A stretch of 64,000 nucleotides of DNA from the IMG/VR virus record IMGVR_UViG_3300045988_063953; one strand, given 5' to 3'. The position numbers were made by a program, and so were the translations under genes. This DNA is from a virus. How positions within the stretch are numbered: position 1 is the first letter of the stretch; the number at the start of each line of letters is the position of its first letter. Below are positions 26,806 to 36,108 of this stretch, piece after piece. The notes under the pieces are model-generated. The model saw only the letters and a program-made list of their open reading frames with translations. It searched no databases and was not told the DNA's origin.

Positions 26806-28806
26806 TTACCAACTTGTTTGCACCACACCCATATCACGAAGTCGACGACGATAAGTGTTACCAAGTTTACCGTAAGCACTATTAAGTATTTCTTTATTTT
26901 GTTTATAATTAAGAACTTTTCTATCATAAGCCTTTCTACGTTCAGCAGTTACAGTGGGGTCTTCACCATTAATAACTTCAAATGTTCCAGGATCAGTTAA
27001 GTTCTGATTATAAGCATTACCAAAAATACCCATTATAGTATCTTGGTCTAAATCAACACCACTATTCATCATACGATAAGCAGTACCATTTTCAGATGCT
27101 GCAAGAGCATAACGCATACCTTGTATATCTTCATATCTCTGAGAAGCTTGTCCAACAAAGTTAGAAACAGCTCTACCAAGACCTTGTAGAGTCATAACTT
27201 TAGCTTGTGTCTTAGCATTATCTTTAGCATTCTGAATATCAGCAACTTTATTAGCCCAATCAGATTGTATCTTAAGATTCTGTGCAGCAACTTCTTGTTG
27301 ATTAAGAGCGTCTTTATTGATAAGCTCAGTTTCAACATTTTCTTTTTGAGCATAAAGTTTATCTATATCATCAGTTGCTTTAGTATTCAGAAGATTACGT
27401 CTATTCAAAGCAGCAACAGAACTTGCAGTACCAGCATCAATATCACCAAAAGCTCTATTACGAGCACGATTAACTTCTTCTTCTTGAGGAGCTACATTAT
27501 AAGTTGTTTTAAGCTTAGCAGCTTGAAGAAAACCGGGACGTTCTGGAAGATGAATACTATTAGCACCTTTACTATTAATAATACCTGTTGCAATACTACC
27601 AAGAATATCACCACCTAAACCAATCCAATCACCAGTTCTAATAGCCATACCTGACTTATTACCTGTAGTATTAATAGTTTGAGATGGAATAGTAGCAGGT
27701 TGAGGCTGAGGTTGAACTACTTTCTTAGGAGGTGTTACAACAACTTCGTCCATAGTTACAGATCGACTTGGGTCAAATATACTTCCAGGACGAAAATCAA
27801 TAGGTGGGTCATCATAAGAACCAAAAGGTGAAGTATTAAATAAACGTCTACGAGTAAAATTATACATACCACCAACTCGATGTTTAGGACGACCATAGTG
27901 CATTACCTTTACGGGGGAGCTATTATTAAATGTACCATCATCATTAAGTCCAGCTATTTTCTTAAATCTCTCTTGAGCAGCAAAAACTTCATCTTTATTA
28001 GCACCAGAAAGAATTGCTTCTACAGGACTAATACCATTAAGTATAGGAGCACCACTAAAGATTCTAAGTTGATTCTTTTTAATTTGAGCAATCTCACCAC
28101 CTTCAGCTTCAAGTTCTTTATTACCAACAGAGATACCAATACCAGTATTTCCACTTTCATTAATATCTTCATGGGAACTCCCCCGTAAAAGAAATGTGCC
28201 ATTACCGACCTTTACAGCATCTCCACCATCAGTAATAACAGGTTGTTCTCTAAGTTTGCGACGACTACCAAGTTTAGCTTGTGAATTAAATTGTCTTTGA
28301 TAATCATTATTAACTTCTTCAGTACCTGTTAGAGCTTGACTAAGTTGAGATGCTTCTTGAACAGTATTGTTATAATTTTCAACTCTGCGCTGTCTTTCAG
28401 CAGCACGCTTTTTAGCACTATTACTAAGAAGACTTCCAATAATAGAACTTGCTAAACTTGCACCAACAGCAATAGCAGTTCCAACAAATGCTTTAGGTCT
28501 ATTACCTTTAATACTTCTTCTACCTCCAAGTTTATACTCAGTGTTATATTGAGTATTATAATCTTGATTAGTAGCAAGAGTTCCTTTAAGTTGAGAACTC
28601 ATACCAGTAGCTTCACGTAAAGCATTTTGATATTCTTGAAGTCTATTTCTACGCTCTTCAAGTTTACGATTACCATCATTCTGTATAGCAGTAGAAGCAA
28701 CTGTACTTGCAACAGAACCTGCAGCACTAATAATAGAAGGTAATAGAGCCCCAAGATTAGCTCGAGGTCTATTACCAGAAACAGTAATTCTTTTTTTATT
28801 TGTCAT
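26806..28806 (-). CDS. putative ejection/membrane-interacting protein with duplicated hydrophobic module
   Basis: 666-aa ORF. Its N-terminus has two homologous ~90-aa modules (GNRPxA, then an A/G/S-rich hydrophobic stretch, then a charged helix, then KLGxRR). A third glycine-zipper-like stretch (GLGGDILGSIATGIIN) follows. Confidence 0.65.
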   Translation of the reverse strand: MTNKKRITVSGNRPRANLGALLPSIISAAGSVASTVASTAIQNDGNRKLEERRNRLQEYQNALREATGMSSQLKGTLATNQDYNTQYNTEYKLGGRRSIKGNRPKAFVGTAIAVGASLASSIIGSLLSNSAKKRAAERQRRVENYNNTVQEASQLSQALTGTEEVNNDYQRQFNSQAKLGSRRKLREQPVITDGGDAVKVGNGTFLLRGSSHEDINESGNTGIGISVGNKELEAEGGEIAQIKKNQLRIFSGAPILNGISPVEAILSGANKDEVFAAQERFKKIAGLNDDGTFNNSSPVKVMHYGRPKHRVGGMYNFTRRRLFNTSPFGSYDDPPIDFRPGSIFDPSRSVTMDEVVVTPPKKVVQPQPQPATIPSQTINTTGNKSGMAIRTGDWIGLGGDILGSIATGIINSKGANSIHLPERPGFLQAAKLKTTYNVAPQEEEVNRARNRAFGDIDAGTASSVAALNRRNLLNTKATDDIDKLYAQKENVETELINKDALNQQEVAAQNLKIQSDWANKVADIQNAKDNAKTQAKVMTLQGLGRAVSNFVGQASQRYEDIQGMRYALAASENGTAYRMMNSGVDLDQDTIMGIFGNAYNQNLTDPGTFEVINGEDPTVTAERRKAYDRKVLNYKQNKEILNSAYGKLGNTYRRRLRDMGVVQTSW
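27901..27919 (-). repeat. GC-rich dispersed motif copy 8 (CTCCCCCGTAAAGGTAATG)
   Basis: Exact core, sense inside the 666-aa ORF (peptide NSSPVKVM). Confidence 0.9.
28178..28197 (+). repeat. GC-rich dispersed motif copy 9 (CTCCCCCGTAAAAGAAATGT)
   Basis: Exact core, and the full 20-mer is identical to copy 1. Antisense inside the 666-aa ORF (peptide FLLRGSS). Confidence 0.95.
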
Positions 28807-28818
28807 ACTATATTATAT

Positions 28819-31800
28819 TTAATATGGTTTGATATTAATATCAACATCATTAATTACAAAAGGAAGTCTATCATCAATGTTCCTAAATATAAATCTAAGA
28901 ACAATATATTTACCATATATTAAACTCTTATGGTCAGATAGAGAATAATTAGCTTTTATTTCATCATATCTTTTTCTTTGTTGTTCAGTTAAATCATCAA
29001 GACTTTTAATATTATATTTTGCCATCAATTCTTTGTCAACATCAATAGCATCAAGATAATTTCTAAAATAATTAAGTTGCCAAACACCTCTTTCAAAATG
29101 AGGAACTTTATAATTATTAAGAACATTTATAACATCAGGTTGGCTTATATCAAGATTACCACTATCAGTTTGGTCAGTATATATTCTAAGAATATCACCA
29201 GAGTATCTGTTAGTTTCATCATAAGTACCATCATTAGTAAAAGTTTCAGCCATTCTACTAAAACTTACATCTTCATATTTGATGTTTTTGTTTAGAACAT
29301 ATCTAACAGACTCTAACATACGAGGTATTCCAAACTCTGAATTAAAGATTATATCAAATACAGAACTTTGAATAGCAACAGGTTTTGTTTTACCATTCTT
29401 ATCTTGTACAGTTACAACTTCGTGATTGTCAGGAAAACCAAAAGTATTATTAGCAAGATATTGATAATCTCCAATATTAGTTCTACTATACTTATAAATA
29501 TTATTCTTTACAACTTTATCAAAGAAATAAGCATTGTTCTTAGTATTAATACTTTCAGTAAAATAATAATCATGAGTACTAATATATCTTTTAGAAGTCA
29601 TATTATAACTAAAAGTAGCATAATCATCTTTGATATCATCAGAAGAAAATCTAATACATATAAGAATTCTATCATGTTTGAAATCAGTTATAAATCTAAT
29701 ATCTTTAATAGTTTTATTATCTATCCAATTAATAATATCAAGAGTAATATCATTAAACTTGTTATCATCAAAATTATAAATACGTTTATTAGCAGAATCA
29801 AAAAACCAATAACCATTATGATTAACACACCAAGCATCAGGAAGTTGAAGTCCACCAAAACCGTGTTGTGCAGTAAATAGTTCTTTAGGCTCTACATCAA
29901 ACAAATCAGGAGTAGCAAGTTGAATTTCTTGGTTCTCTGTTTTAAGCATACTATTCTTATCCATTGCAAGAAGAGAATGTTCTGTATGTATATAAAACAT
30001 ATTACCAATACCTAAAAGATTAGTAATATTACCTTTATTTTTATTAATAACCTTATAAGCATTGGCACCAAAAAATCTCCAACTATTTTCTACAGATTCA
30101 TCTTGTATTACATTACTTCGACGAATAATAGATTTTCTAACTGATGTATCACGTCTATTAGCATTAAAATTGGTATATTGTTTATGTACTTGTTCTTTGA
30201 AATCAATCTTATATTCAATCAAATCAGTAGCATTAATAGGTTTAACTACTGTATTAATTGTCTTAGTATGATTCTTAGAAGTAGATTCTCCAATTACACC
30301 AACAAGAATTTCAGGTTCTTTTTTAATACTAATAGCATCGAGATTAAAATTACTAAACTTTCTGAATGTATAAAGTTTAGCATAATAATCTTCTTTAGTA
30401 GTAGGTTCTTTAGCAATATTATTATTGCCATCAATGTCATAAACCTTACCTGTATTATCATCAATATAAATAGCTCTTGTATACTTCAGATATTTATCTA
30501 CAGTAAGAAAAGCAGGAAGATTATAATCTTCATTAACTACAAGATTTATATCAGGATTATCAAGACCTGCATGGTCTAAATCTTCTTCTTCAATTTCCCA
30601 ATCATCTCCTTTAATTTTATTAGGATATGTAGGAAATTCACCATAAGAGTAAACATTACCTTTCTCAGTAGCAACTACTGGACCAAAAGGAATAAGAACT
30701 TTATTAGTACCACAATAAACATTTCTATTGAACATTCTAATTTGAGCAACAGAATTAAGTGCTGGCTTAAATACAGTACCATCCATATGAACTAAATCTA
30801 AATGAATACAACCCTCACGTCCTGTAGTATTAATTGTAGTTGTATCAAGTTTAGTTTGTATGTTACTTATAGAAATAGAAGATGCTTTAATATAAGCAAA
30901 ATAAGGTTCATTTGCATCAGCAGTACTATAGTTTCCTGCATCATCAGCTTTAGCAATAGTATGATATACTGCACCAATATAATTATTAAGTCCAATCTCT
31001 ACATCAGATGCCTTAAATAAACTATTATCAGAATCAATACATTTAACAGTAGTGACAATAAGATTTTCAGGTTTTTCATAACTAATAAAAAACCCAACAT
31101 AACCATCAGGAACAGTAATATTATTAAAACAAATTGTATTTCTAATAAGTTTATTATCAGAAATACTTATACTATTACCTGTAGCAAACAGAACATCATT
31201 ATTGTAATTTTTATAATAACCAAACTTACCTATACCTGCAACATTATAATAACTATTAGGATAAAGTTCGTAAATATGTTTATCTTTAAGTTCTTTACAT
31301 TTAGTTAAATCATCGGCAGCATTTGGAGTAAAACCATCTATATCAATGTTACAACCACCAAGATTACCTATTTGATATTCAGAACTAACACCTATTGGAA
31401 CTCTTGTTTTACCAGTAATTTTAACAGCATCAGGTACAGAAGTATCATTGTCGTTTTTAATAGGAAGACCATTAGTAAAAGTACCATCTTCTCTTACATA
31501 ATGAATATAAAACTTATAAACACTATTAGGCATAAGAGAACGTTTAACTTCATCAATATATATAGAAGTAGAATACTTAACATTAGCTTCAGAAGAAATC
31601 TTAATTCTATCTTTACGCATTCTACAATTATATACTTCAGCACTTCCACCGGGACCTCCTAAAACACCTTTGTAATCAAGTACTATATCATTCTGAGCAT
31701 ACTCTGTATAATCAGTTCTATTTTTATCATAAAACTTAATAGTAGTATTAGTAAGAAGAAGATAAGCATCACTTATTTTAAGAGTATGATTATTTCTGCC

Positions 31801-33057
31801 ACTAATACTGTTTTCACCAAAGTATTTACCAAAATGTTGTTTAAGATAAGCAAGTAGTTCTGGGTATTCAATTATATGAATAAAATCAATACCTTTTTTA
31901 AGTTCTAATTTATACTCGCTTTCACCATTAAAAGTATATACTACAGTATTAAGAGTTTCATTTACAGTACCAATATTATCTTCTTTAATAAAACCAAGAC
32001 GAGCTTTTACTCTATCAGCAAATACTTGAAGATTCTCATTATAATTAGTTTCTTTGAAGTTAGCAATGTAAAGTCTATTTTCATAGTTTTCAATATTCTC
32101 TACATTATATAGATTGAAAACATTATCAAGTAAATCATTTACATCAGCTTCTTTAGGATTCTTAGCATCAAATACAAACTCATTATCTTCAGTACATTCA
32201 AATGTTCTCCATTTACGAGCAACAGTCTTACCTTCATGTTGAAGAATATAACCTACTTGATAATTCTTATAACTATATGTTTTATTAAGTTTAATTCTAA
32301 ACTTAAAGTTATAAGGACAATCAGCAGATACACTATTATAAATTCCACTTACTTGAGTATGTAATGCTTCATTTTCATTATCACTATTACCTTTAGAATA
32401 ACGATGGTCTATAAGAGTTTTATTTTTAAGAGAAAGAGCATATTGTGGAATACCTATTGGAAACCATTTAGTATAAAAGTTATCACTAATTTCATATCTA
32501 ATAAAAAAGTAATATAAACCATTAGGCATATTATTACCAAATTCTTTAGATATAAGTTTCATATTAGCAATAGGAATTAGAGGAGCTACTTCATAAGTAG
32601 CCTCTAAATCATGCTCACTACAAGTATTAAGATTAATAGTCTTAAGAGGAATAGTAATATTAGAAGAAGAATCTTTAGGGGATTCAGCAATACTAATAAT
32701 AAGTTCTTTATTAACGTTATATGTATAAGTACCTTTAATTCTTCCCTCAGACCATTTCCAAGCACACTTTACATCTTCTACTGTAATATCAGATGTATTA
32801 TTTATTTCCTTAAGTCTATAGATATGACTACTCTTGTCATCTTTATCATAAGTAAAAACAACAATTTCTTCTACACAAGGAATAAACCCAACAATCTCTC
32901 CTTGAAGACGATTGTCAGGAATTGCTTTAACAAAGCCATCATCATTTGTAATAGCTGTACCATCTTCAGTAATCTTAATATTTTTAGCAAATACCATACT
33001 ACCATTAGGTACATTATGAGGACTTTTATTCAAATTAAGAGATTTAACTATATCCAT
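28819..33057 (-). CDS. large tail-module protein (muzzle/hub-like by position), function unknown
   Basis: 1412-aa ORF in the position and size range of the large tail (muzzle-type) proteins of crAss-like phages. No catalytic motif recognised. Confidence 0.6.
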   Translation of the reverse strand: MDIVKSLNLNKSPHNVPNGSMVFAKNIKITEDGTAITNDDGFVKAIPDNRLQGEIVGFIPCVEEIVVFTYDKDDKSSHIYRLKEINNTSDITVEDVKCAWKWSEGRIKGTYTYNVNKELIISIAESPKDSSSNITIPLKTINLNTCSEHDLEATYEVAPLIPIANMKLISKEFGNNMPNGLYYFFIRYEISDNFYTKWFPIGIPQYALSLKNKTLIDHRYSKGNSDNENEALHTQVSGIYNSVSADCPYNFKFRIKLNKTYSYKNYQVGYILQHEGKTVARKWRTFECTEDNEFVFDAKNPKEADVNDLLDNVFNLYNVENIENYENRLYIANFKETNYNENLQVFADRVKARLGFIKEDNIGTVNETLNTVVYTFNGESEYKLELKKGIDFIHIIEYPELLAYLKQHFGKYFGENSISGRNNHTLKISDAYLLLTNTTIKFYDKNRTDYTEYAQNDIVLDYKGVLGGPGGSAEVYNCRMRKDRIKISSEANVKYSTSIYIDEVKRSLMPNSVYKFYIHYVREDGTFTNGLPIKNDNDTSVPDAVKITGKTRVPIGVSSEYQIGNLGGCNIDIDGFTPNAADDLTKCKELKDKHIYELYPNSYYNVAGIGKFGYYKNYNNDVLFATGNSISISDNKLIRNTICFNNITVPDGYVGFFISYEKPENLIVTTVKCIDSDNSLFKASDVEIGLNNYIGAVYHTIAKADDAGNYSTADANEPYFAYIKASSISISNIQTKLDTTTINTTGREGCIHLDLVHMDGTVFKPALNSVAQIRMFNRNVYCGTNKVLIPFGPVVATEKGNVYSYGEFPTYPNKIKGDDWEIEEEDLDHAGLDNPDINLVVNEDYNLPAFLTVDKYLKYTRAIYIDDNTGKVYDIDGNNNIAKEPTTKEDYYAKLYTFRKFSNFNLDAISIKKEPEILVGVIGESTSKNHTKTINTVVKPINATDLIEYKIDFKEQVHKQYTNFNANRRDTSVRKSIIRRSNVIQDESVENSWRFFGANAYKVINKNKGNITNLLGIGNMFYIHTEHSLLAMDKNSMLKTENQEIQLATPDLFDVEPKELFTAQHGFGGLQLPDAWCVNHNGYWFFDSANKRIYNFDDNKFNDITLDIINWIDNKTIKDIRFITDFKHDRILICIRFSSDDIKDDYATFSYNMTSKRYISTHDYYFTESINTKNNAYFFDKVVKNNIYKYSRTNIGDYQYLANNTFGFPDNHEVVTVQDKNGKTKPVAIQSSVFDIIFNSEFGIPRMLESVRYVLNKNIKYEDVSFSRMAETFTNDGTYDETNRYSGDILRIYTDQTDSGNLDISQPDVINVLNNYKVPHFERGVWQLNYFRNYLDAIDVDKELMAKYNIKSLDDLTEQQRKRYDEIKANYSLSDHKSLIYGKYIVLRFIFRNIDDRLPFVINDVDINIKPY

Positions 33058-33063
33058 ATCTTA

Positions 33064-33813
33064 TTATCCTCTTGGTCTAAATGTACTATTATAAAAGAAA
33101 TTATTCCAACCAGTATTATCTTTACTAATCTTAATCTTAACAGAAGCAGCAGCTCTACTCTTAAGACTATTCCATTGATGAAATGGATTAATAACTTGAT
33201 TAGGAGAAGTTAGACTATATACTGGATGATGACTTCCTCTACTAAGATACTTGAACAAACAATACCAAGCAAGAGCTTCAAGAAGAAGACCATCGTCATA
33301 AATATAAGGAACATCACAATCAAAATAATCATCGTGATAAGTAGCAACCTCGTAAGTTTCAACATCTATAGAATCTGTTTCAAAATTAAGTTCAATACAA
33401 TTACCTTGTAGAACAAAACCTTTATCTTGATAACCATTACCAATATTGACAACTTTCATAAAGTTTTTACCACTTTTATTACTATCATCAATAACGGCAA
33501 TTTCCTGTTGTGGAACAGAACCTACATTTCTATTACCACAACAGGAATTGTTACTATTAATAGGTTGTATTTCACAACCATTCTTATCATAAACTTTAAT
33601 CTCAGTTGCATTAAGTTCACAAGGAAATAATGCAAGACGCTCACTAACTTCAAGTGTTCTACGTTTTCGTTCCATTGGTAGAACCTTTAGTTGAGATAGA
33701 GCATCAATAGTCCAAGCAGCAACTCGAGGAATCCAATCACTTTCACTAAGATTGAAATCGTTATCAATCTTACCTATTAGTCGCTGAATAGTTATGTTTG
33801 TCTTGATTTTCAT
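33064..33813 (-). CDS. tail-module protein, function unknown
   Basis: 249-aa ORF. Its ATG at 33813 overlaps the upstream gene by 44 nt, and no alternative in-frame start lies nearby. Confidence 0.6.
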   Translation of the reverse strand: MKIKTNITIQRLIGKIDNDFNLSESDWIPRVAAWTIDALSQLKVLPMERKRRTLEVSERLALFPCELNATEIKVYDKNGCEIQPINSNNSCCGNRNVGSVPQQEIAVIDDSNKSGKNFMKVVNIGNGYQDKGFVLQGNCIELNFETDSIDVETYEVATYHDDYFDCDVPYIYDDGLLLEALAWYCLFKYLSRGSHHPVYSLTSPNQVINPFHQWNSLKSRAAASVKIKISKDNTGWNNFFYNSTFRPRG

Positions 33814-34717
33814 TTCTTATAAATTTAGCATATAAAAGTTTATCAGCTTTATTACATAATGCAAGTTTAGTTCTAATATCAACATCTAACTCACAAATCT
33901 TTTTAGGGTCATTATCACACATTTCAAGTAAATCATCATGAGTAGTACCTCTAAGTTTAGCTGCTCTATAATCAGAACTTTCAAATTCTAAATCATACTT
34001 AAATTTACATTGAGGATAAAGTAAAGGAATCTCATAATAATACTCATCATTCTTATAAATACGATAATCAACAGCATTATATTCAACTCCTATTCGTTTA
34101 CAATATTCAGCTTCAGCTTTATTCCAAAGATGTTTACCTTCATCAATAAATCTTTCTTTGTTCTTTCTTGTAGCTTCAAAATCAAGCATTGGATAACCCC
34201 GATGTACCTTGCATCTATTAATACATAGATAACCAATACGATTACCAAATTGATAAGCCTCACCATCAAGTATCATATGTTTATGAACACCATAATAAAA
34301 ATCTTTTATTATTTGAGTATAATCTTTATACTTAATAGAAAGAACTCTTTCAGCAAGATGAATTTGCTTTTCAAGATTATAAATAGCTTTATGAAGTTTA
34401 GCAAGACTATAAAGGTCATAAAGTTCCATAACCATAACATGATTATCTTTCTTATTAAGAAATAGTCTTTTAGCTATTCGATAAAACTCTCCATTATCAT
34501 AAGCATTATTCCTAAACTCAATAATATTGTTAAGGTCTAAATTATAATGCTCTTTATAATACTCTACATTATTACAAATATCATCATATAATTCAGCAGC
34601 TTGAACCAATAGTTTTTGTCTTTCTTCAGTACATCTATCATACTTTATTTGGAAAGCTCTTTGACAACTATTGTAATAGTCTTTTCTGTTTGTTGGTATA
34701 TCTTTTATAGCAGCCAT
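33770..34717 (-). CDS. structural-module protein, function unknown
   Basis: 315-aa ORF, 3 nt downstream of the preceding gene's stop, with coding-like composition. Confidence 0.65.
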   Translation of the reverse strand: MAAIKDIPTNRKDYYNSCQRAFQIKYDRCTEERQKLLVQAAELYDDICNNVEYYKEHYNLDLNNIIEFRNNAYDNGEFYRIAKRLFLNKKDNHVMVMELYDLYSLAKLHKAIYNLEKQIHLAERVLSIKYKDYTQIIKDFYYGVHKHMILDGEAYQFGNRIGYLCINRCKVHRGYPMLDFEATRKNKERFIDEGKHLWNKAEAEYCKRIGVEYNAVDYRIYKNDEYYYEIPLLYPQCKFKYDLEFESSDYRAAKLRGTTHDDLLEMCDNDPKKICELDVDIRTKLALCNKADKLLYAKFIRNENQDKHNYSATNR

Positions 34718-34720
34718 ATT

Positions 34721-35401
34721 TTATCCATTATATTTAACACCGTCGGGAACTTCATCAGTTTCACGAACATTACTAAGTAAATCTCTTTTATAAATAATAT
34801 CTTTAATTTTACCAATCATATCTTCTGAAAGAAGAAACTCATTATCACCAAAAGTAACATCCCAATGGTCAACTTCTCCATTAGCTTCCATAATCTCTGT
34901 AGGATGTTCAAAAGCACCTTCAATAATAACATTATCTAAATTAAACTTTTGATTATTACTTGGAAATATATAAATATAACCTTTTATGTAATCATAACAA
35001 GCACCACAAAGACCAGGTACATGTTTACGAAAACGAGCAGATGTTTCTTTGATAAAAGGAAACTCTCTATTATATTGCCAACCAACAGAACTTACTCTGT
35101 CAAAAGGAAGATTATTTGTAAGACGAATTGGAGTAGGAACTTTAGTAGTACTACGTTTAATCTTTCCAACACCAGTTACTTCTTTTGGATAATCTATATC
35201 TCCGTCATTTACTTCGATAAGAGAAACTCTAAATCTTTGAGTAAGTCCTTTATCAACATATCCGTGATTCTCATAACTCTGTCGTATGAGTTCATTACGA
35301 GTATGCAAGATAAGTACTCGAAGATTCTCTCTAAGAACATGATTATTAGGTTGTTTTAGAGAATGAGCAACTTCACTTACAAGTTGATTAATACTTGCCA
35401 T
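34721..35401 (-). CDS. structural-module protein, function unknown (short form starting MASINQL)
   Basis: The ORF track extends to 35626 using a GTG start. That extension would run through a promoter, a palindrome and a motif hairpin, so I call the ATG at 35401-35399 instead. Confidence 0.6.
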   Translation of the reverse strand: MASINQLVSEVAHSLKQPNNHVLRENLRVLILHTRNELIRQSYENHGYVDKGLTQRFRVSLIEVNDGDIDYPKEVTGVGKIKRSTTKVPTPIRLTNNLPFDRVSSVGWQYNREFPFIKETSARFRKHVPGLCGACYDYIKGYIYIFPSNNQKFNLDNVIIEGAFEHPTEIMEANGEVDHWDVTFGDNEFLLSEDMIGKIKDIIYKRDLLSNVRETDEVPDGVKYNG

Positions 35402-35433
35402 ATTATTAACATTAAAAATTAGATTTATTCTAA

Positions 35434-35453
35434 CTCCCCCGTAAAGGCAATGT
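35434..35453 (+). repeat. GC-rich dispersed motif copy 10 (CTCCCCCGTAAAGGCAATGT)
   Basis: Exact core in the leader upstream of the ATG at 35401. It pairs with copy 11. Confidence 0.95.
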
Positions 35454-35462
35454 GTAAAGCTA

Positions 35463-35482
35463 ACATCTCTTTTACAGGGGAG
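35463..35482 (-). repeat. GC-rich dispersed motif copy 11, variant (CTCCCCTGTAAAAGAGATGT)
   Basis: One core mismatch. It is the inverted partner of copy 10, 25 nt away. Confidence 0.85.
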
Positions 35483-35560
35483 GTATTGTTTATTATCAGT
35501 TTCACTATCTACTTCACTATCAATAACAATAGTAGTTCCACTATTATTATCTTTTACTGC

Positions 35561-35592
35561 CAAATATACAAAAGTTATGGCTATTAGCCAAA
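35561..35592 (-). promoter_or_regulatory. Bacteroidota sigma-A-type promoter (TTTG-N20-TATATTTG)
   Basis: On the minus strand, TTTG is at 35592-35589, the spacer is 20 nt, and TATATTTG is at 35568-35561. This matches the TTTG/TAnnTTTG consensus. It sits just downstream of a terminator and about 160 nt upstream of the ATG at 35401. Confidence 0.65.
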
Positions 35593-35614
35593 CAGAATGT
35601 GCTTGCAGATTAAT

Positions 35615-35630
35615 TTGTGTGCGCACACAA
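35615..35630. promoter_or_regulatory. perfect 16-bp palindrome TTGTGTGCGCACACAA (operator/activator-site candidate)
   Basis: The sequence is self-complementary as read directly. It is centred about 30 nt upstream of the -33 element of the 35561-35592 promoter. Confidence 0.5.
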
Positions 35631-35699
35631 CGTGTGATTTGACGGGTCGATTATATGTTAATCAGCTGACTTATAATTAATTAGCCAACTCGAAATTAA

Positions 35700-35754
35700 T
35701 ATATTAAAATAAATACTCAGCTTAAATGAGTTTAACCATCATCAAGCTGAGTAT
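35700..35754 (-). terminator. intrinsic terminator after the small-membrane-protein cassette
   Basis: ATACTCAGCTT/AAGCTGAGTAT 11-bp stem (35713-35723/35744-35754), followed on the minus strand by TTTATTTTAATAT. Confidence 0.8.
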
Positions 35755-35778
35755 TAATAGCAAAAGTTATTGTAGTGT

Positions 35779-36102
35779 TTACATCACATCATCTATCTTC
35801 TTATAGTCAATATCAAGTTTCTTACATATTGGCTTTAATATCCAAGTCCAAAATACAGGAGCAAGAATAGAACTATTAAGAAGAAGTTTTGGATTATGGT
35901 CAATAAAGTAATAAGCAGTACCTATAACAAGAATAGAAGAAATAAGTACAAGACGCTTGCCCCAAACAGGAACAACTTTATCTCCATTAAGTTCATCAAT
36001 AAGTTTGATTATAAGATATGTTGCTACATTAATTATAACACAATATCCGAAATCAAAACTATTAATGATTAGATTAAATATATTTTGAATTATATCAGAC
36101 AT
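35779..36102 (-). CDS. small membrane protein (holin-like, speculative)
   Basis: 107 aa with 2-3 hydrophobic segments and a charged C-terminus. It is the last gene before the strong terminator at 35700-35754. Confidence 0.55.
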   Translation of the reverse strand: MSDIIQNIFNLIINSFDFGYCVIINVATYLIIKLIDELNGDKVVPVWGKRLVLISSILVIGTAYYFIDHNPKLLLNSSILAPVFWTWILKPICKKLDIDYKKIDDVM

Positions 36103-36108
36103 ATAAAT

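Noticed and set aside
27908-28189. An invertible segment or shufflon delimited by the inverted motif pair. Note that the plus strand has a 102-codon ORF, 27880..28188, spanning it.
   Set aside because: Reading the inverted configuration in the gene frame gives F-L-L-R-G-S-Y-Y-stop, so inversion would truncate the protein. Antisense ORFs of this length are common here because of the AT-rich codon bias. No recombinase gene is present in the window.
35402-35626. The ORF-track N-terminal extension of the 34721 gene (301-aa form, starting MRTQINLQ...).
   Set aside because: It starts at a GTG inside the 16-bp palindrome and would read through a canonical promoter and the 12-bp motif hairpin. The ATG at 35401 gives a compact gene with a normal AT-rich leader.
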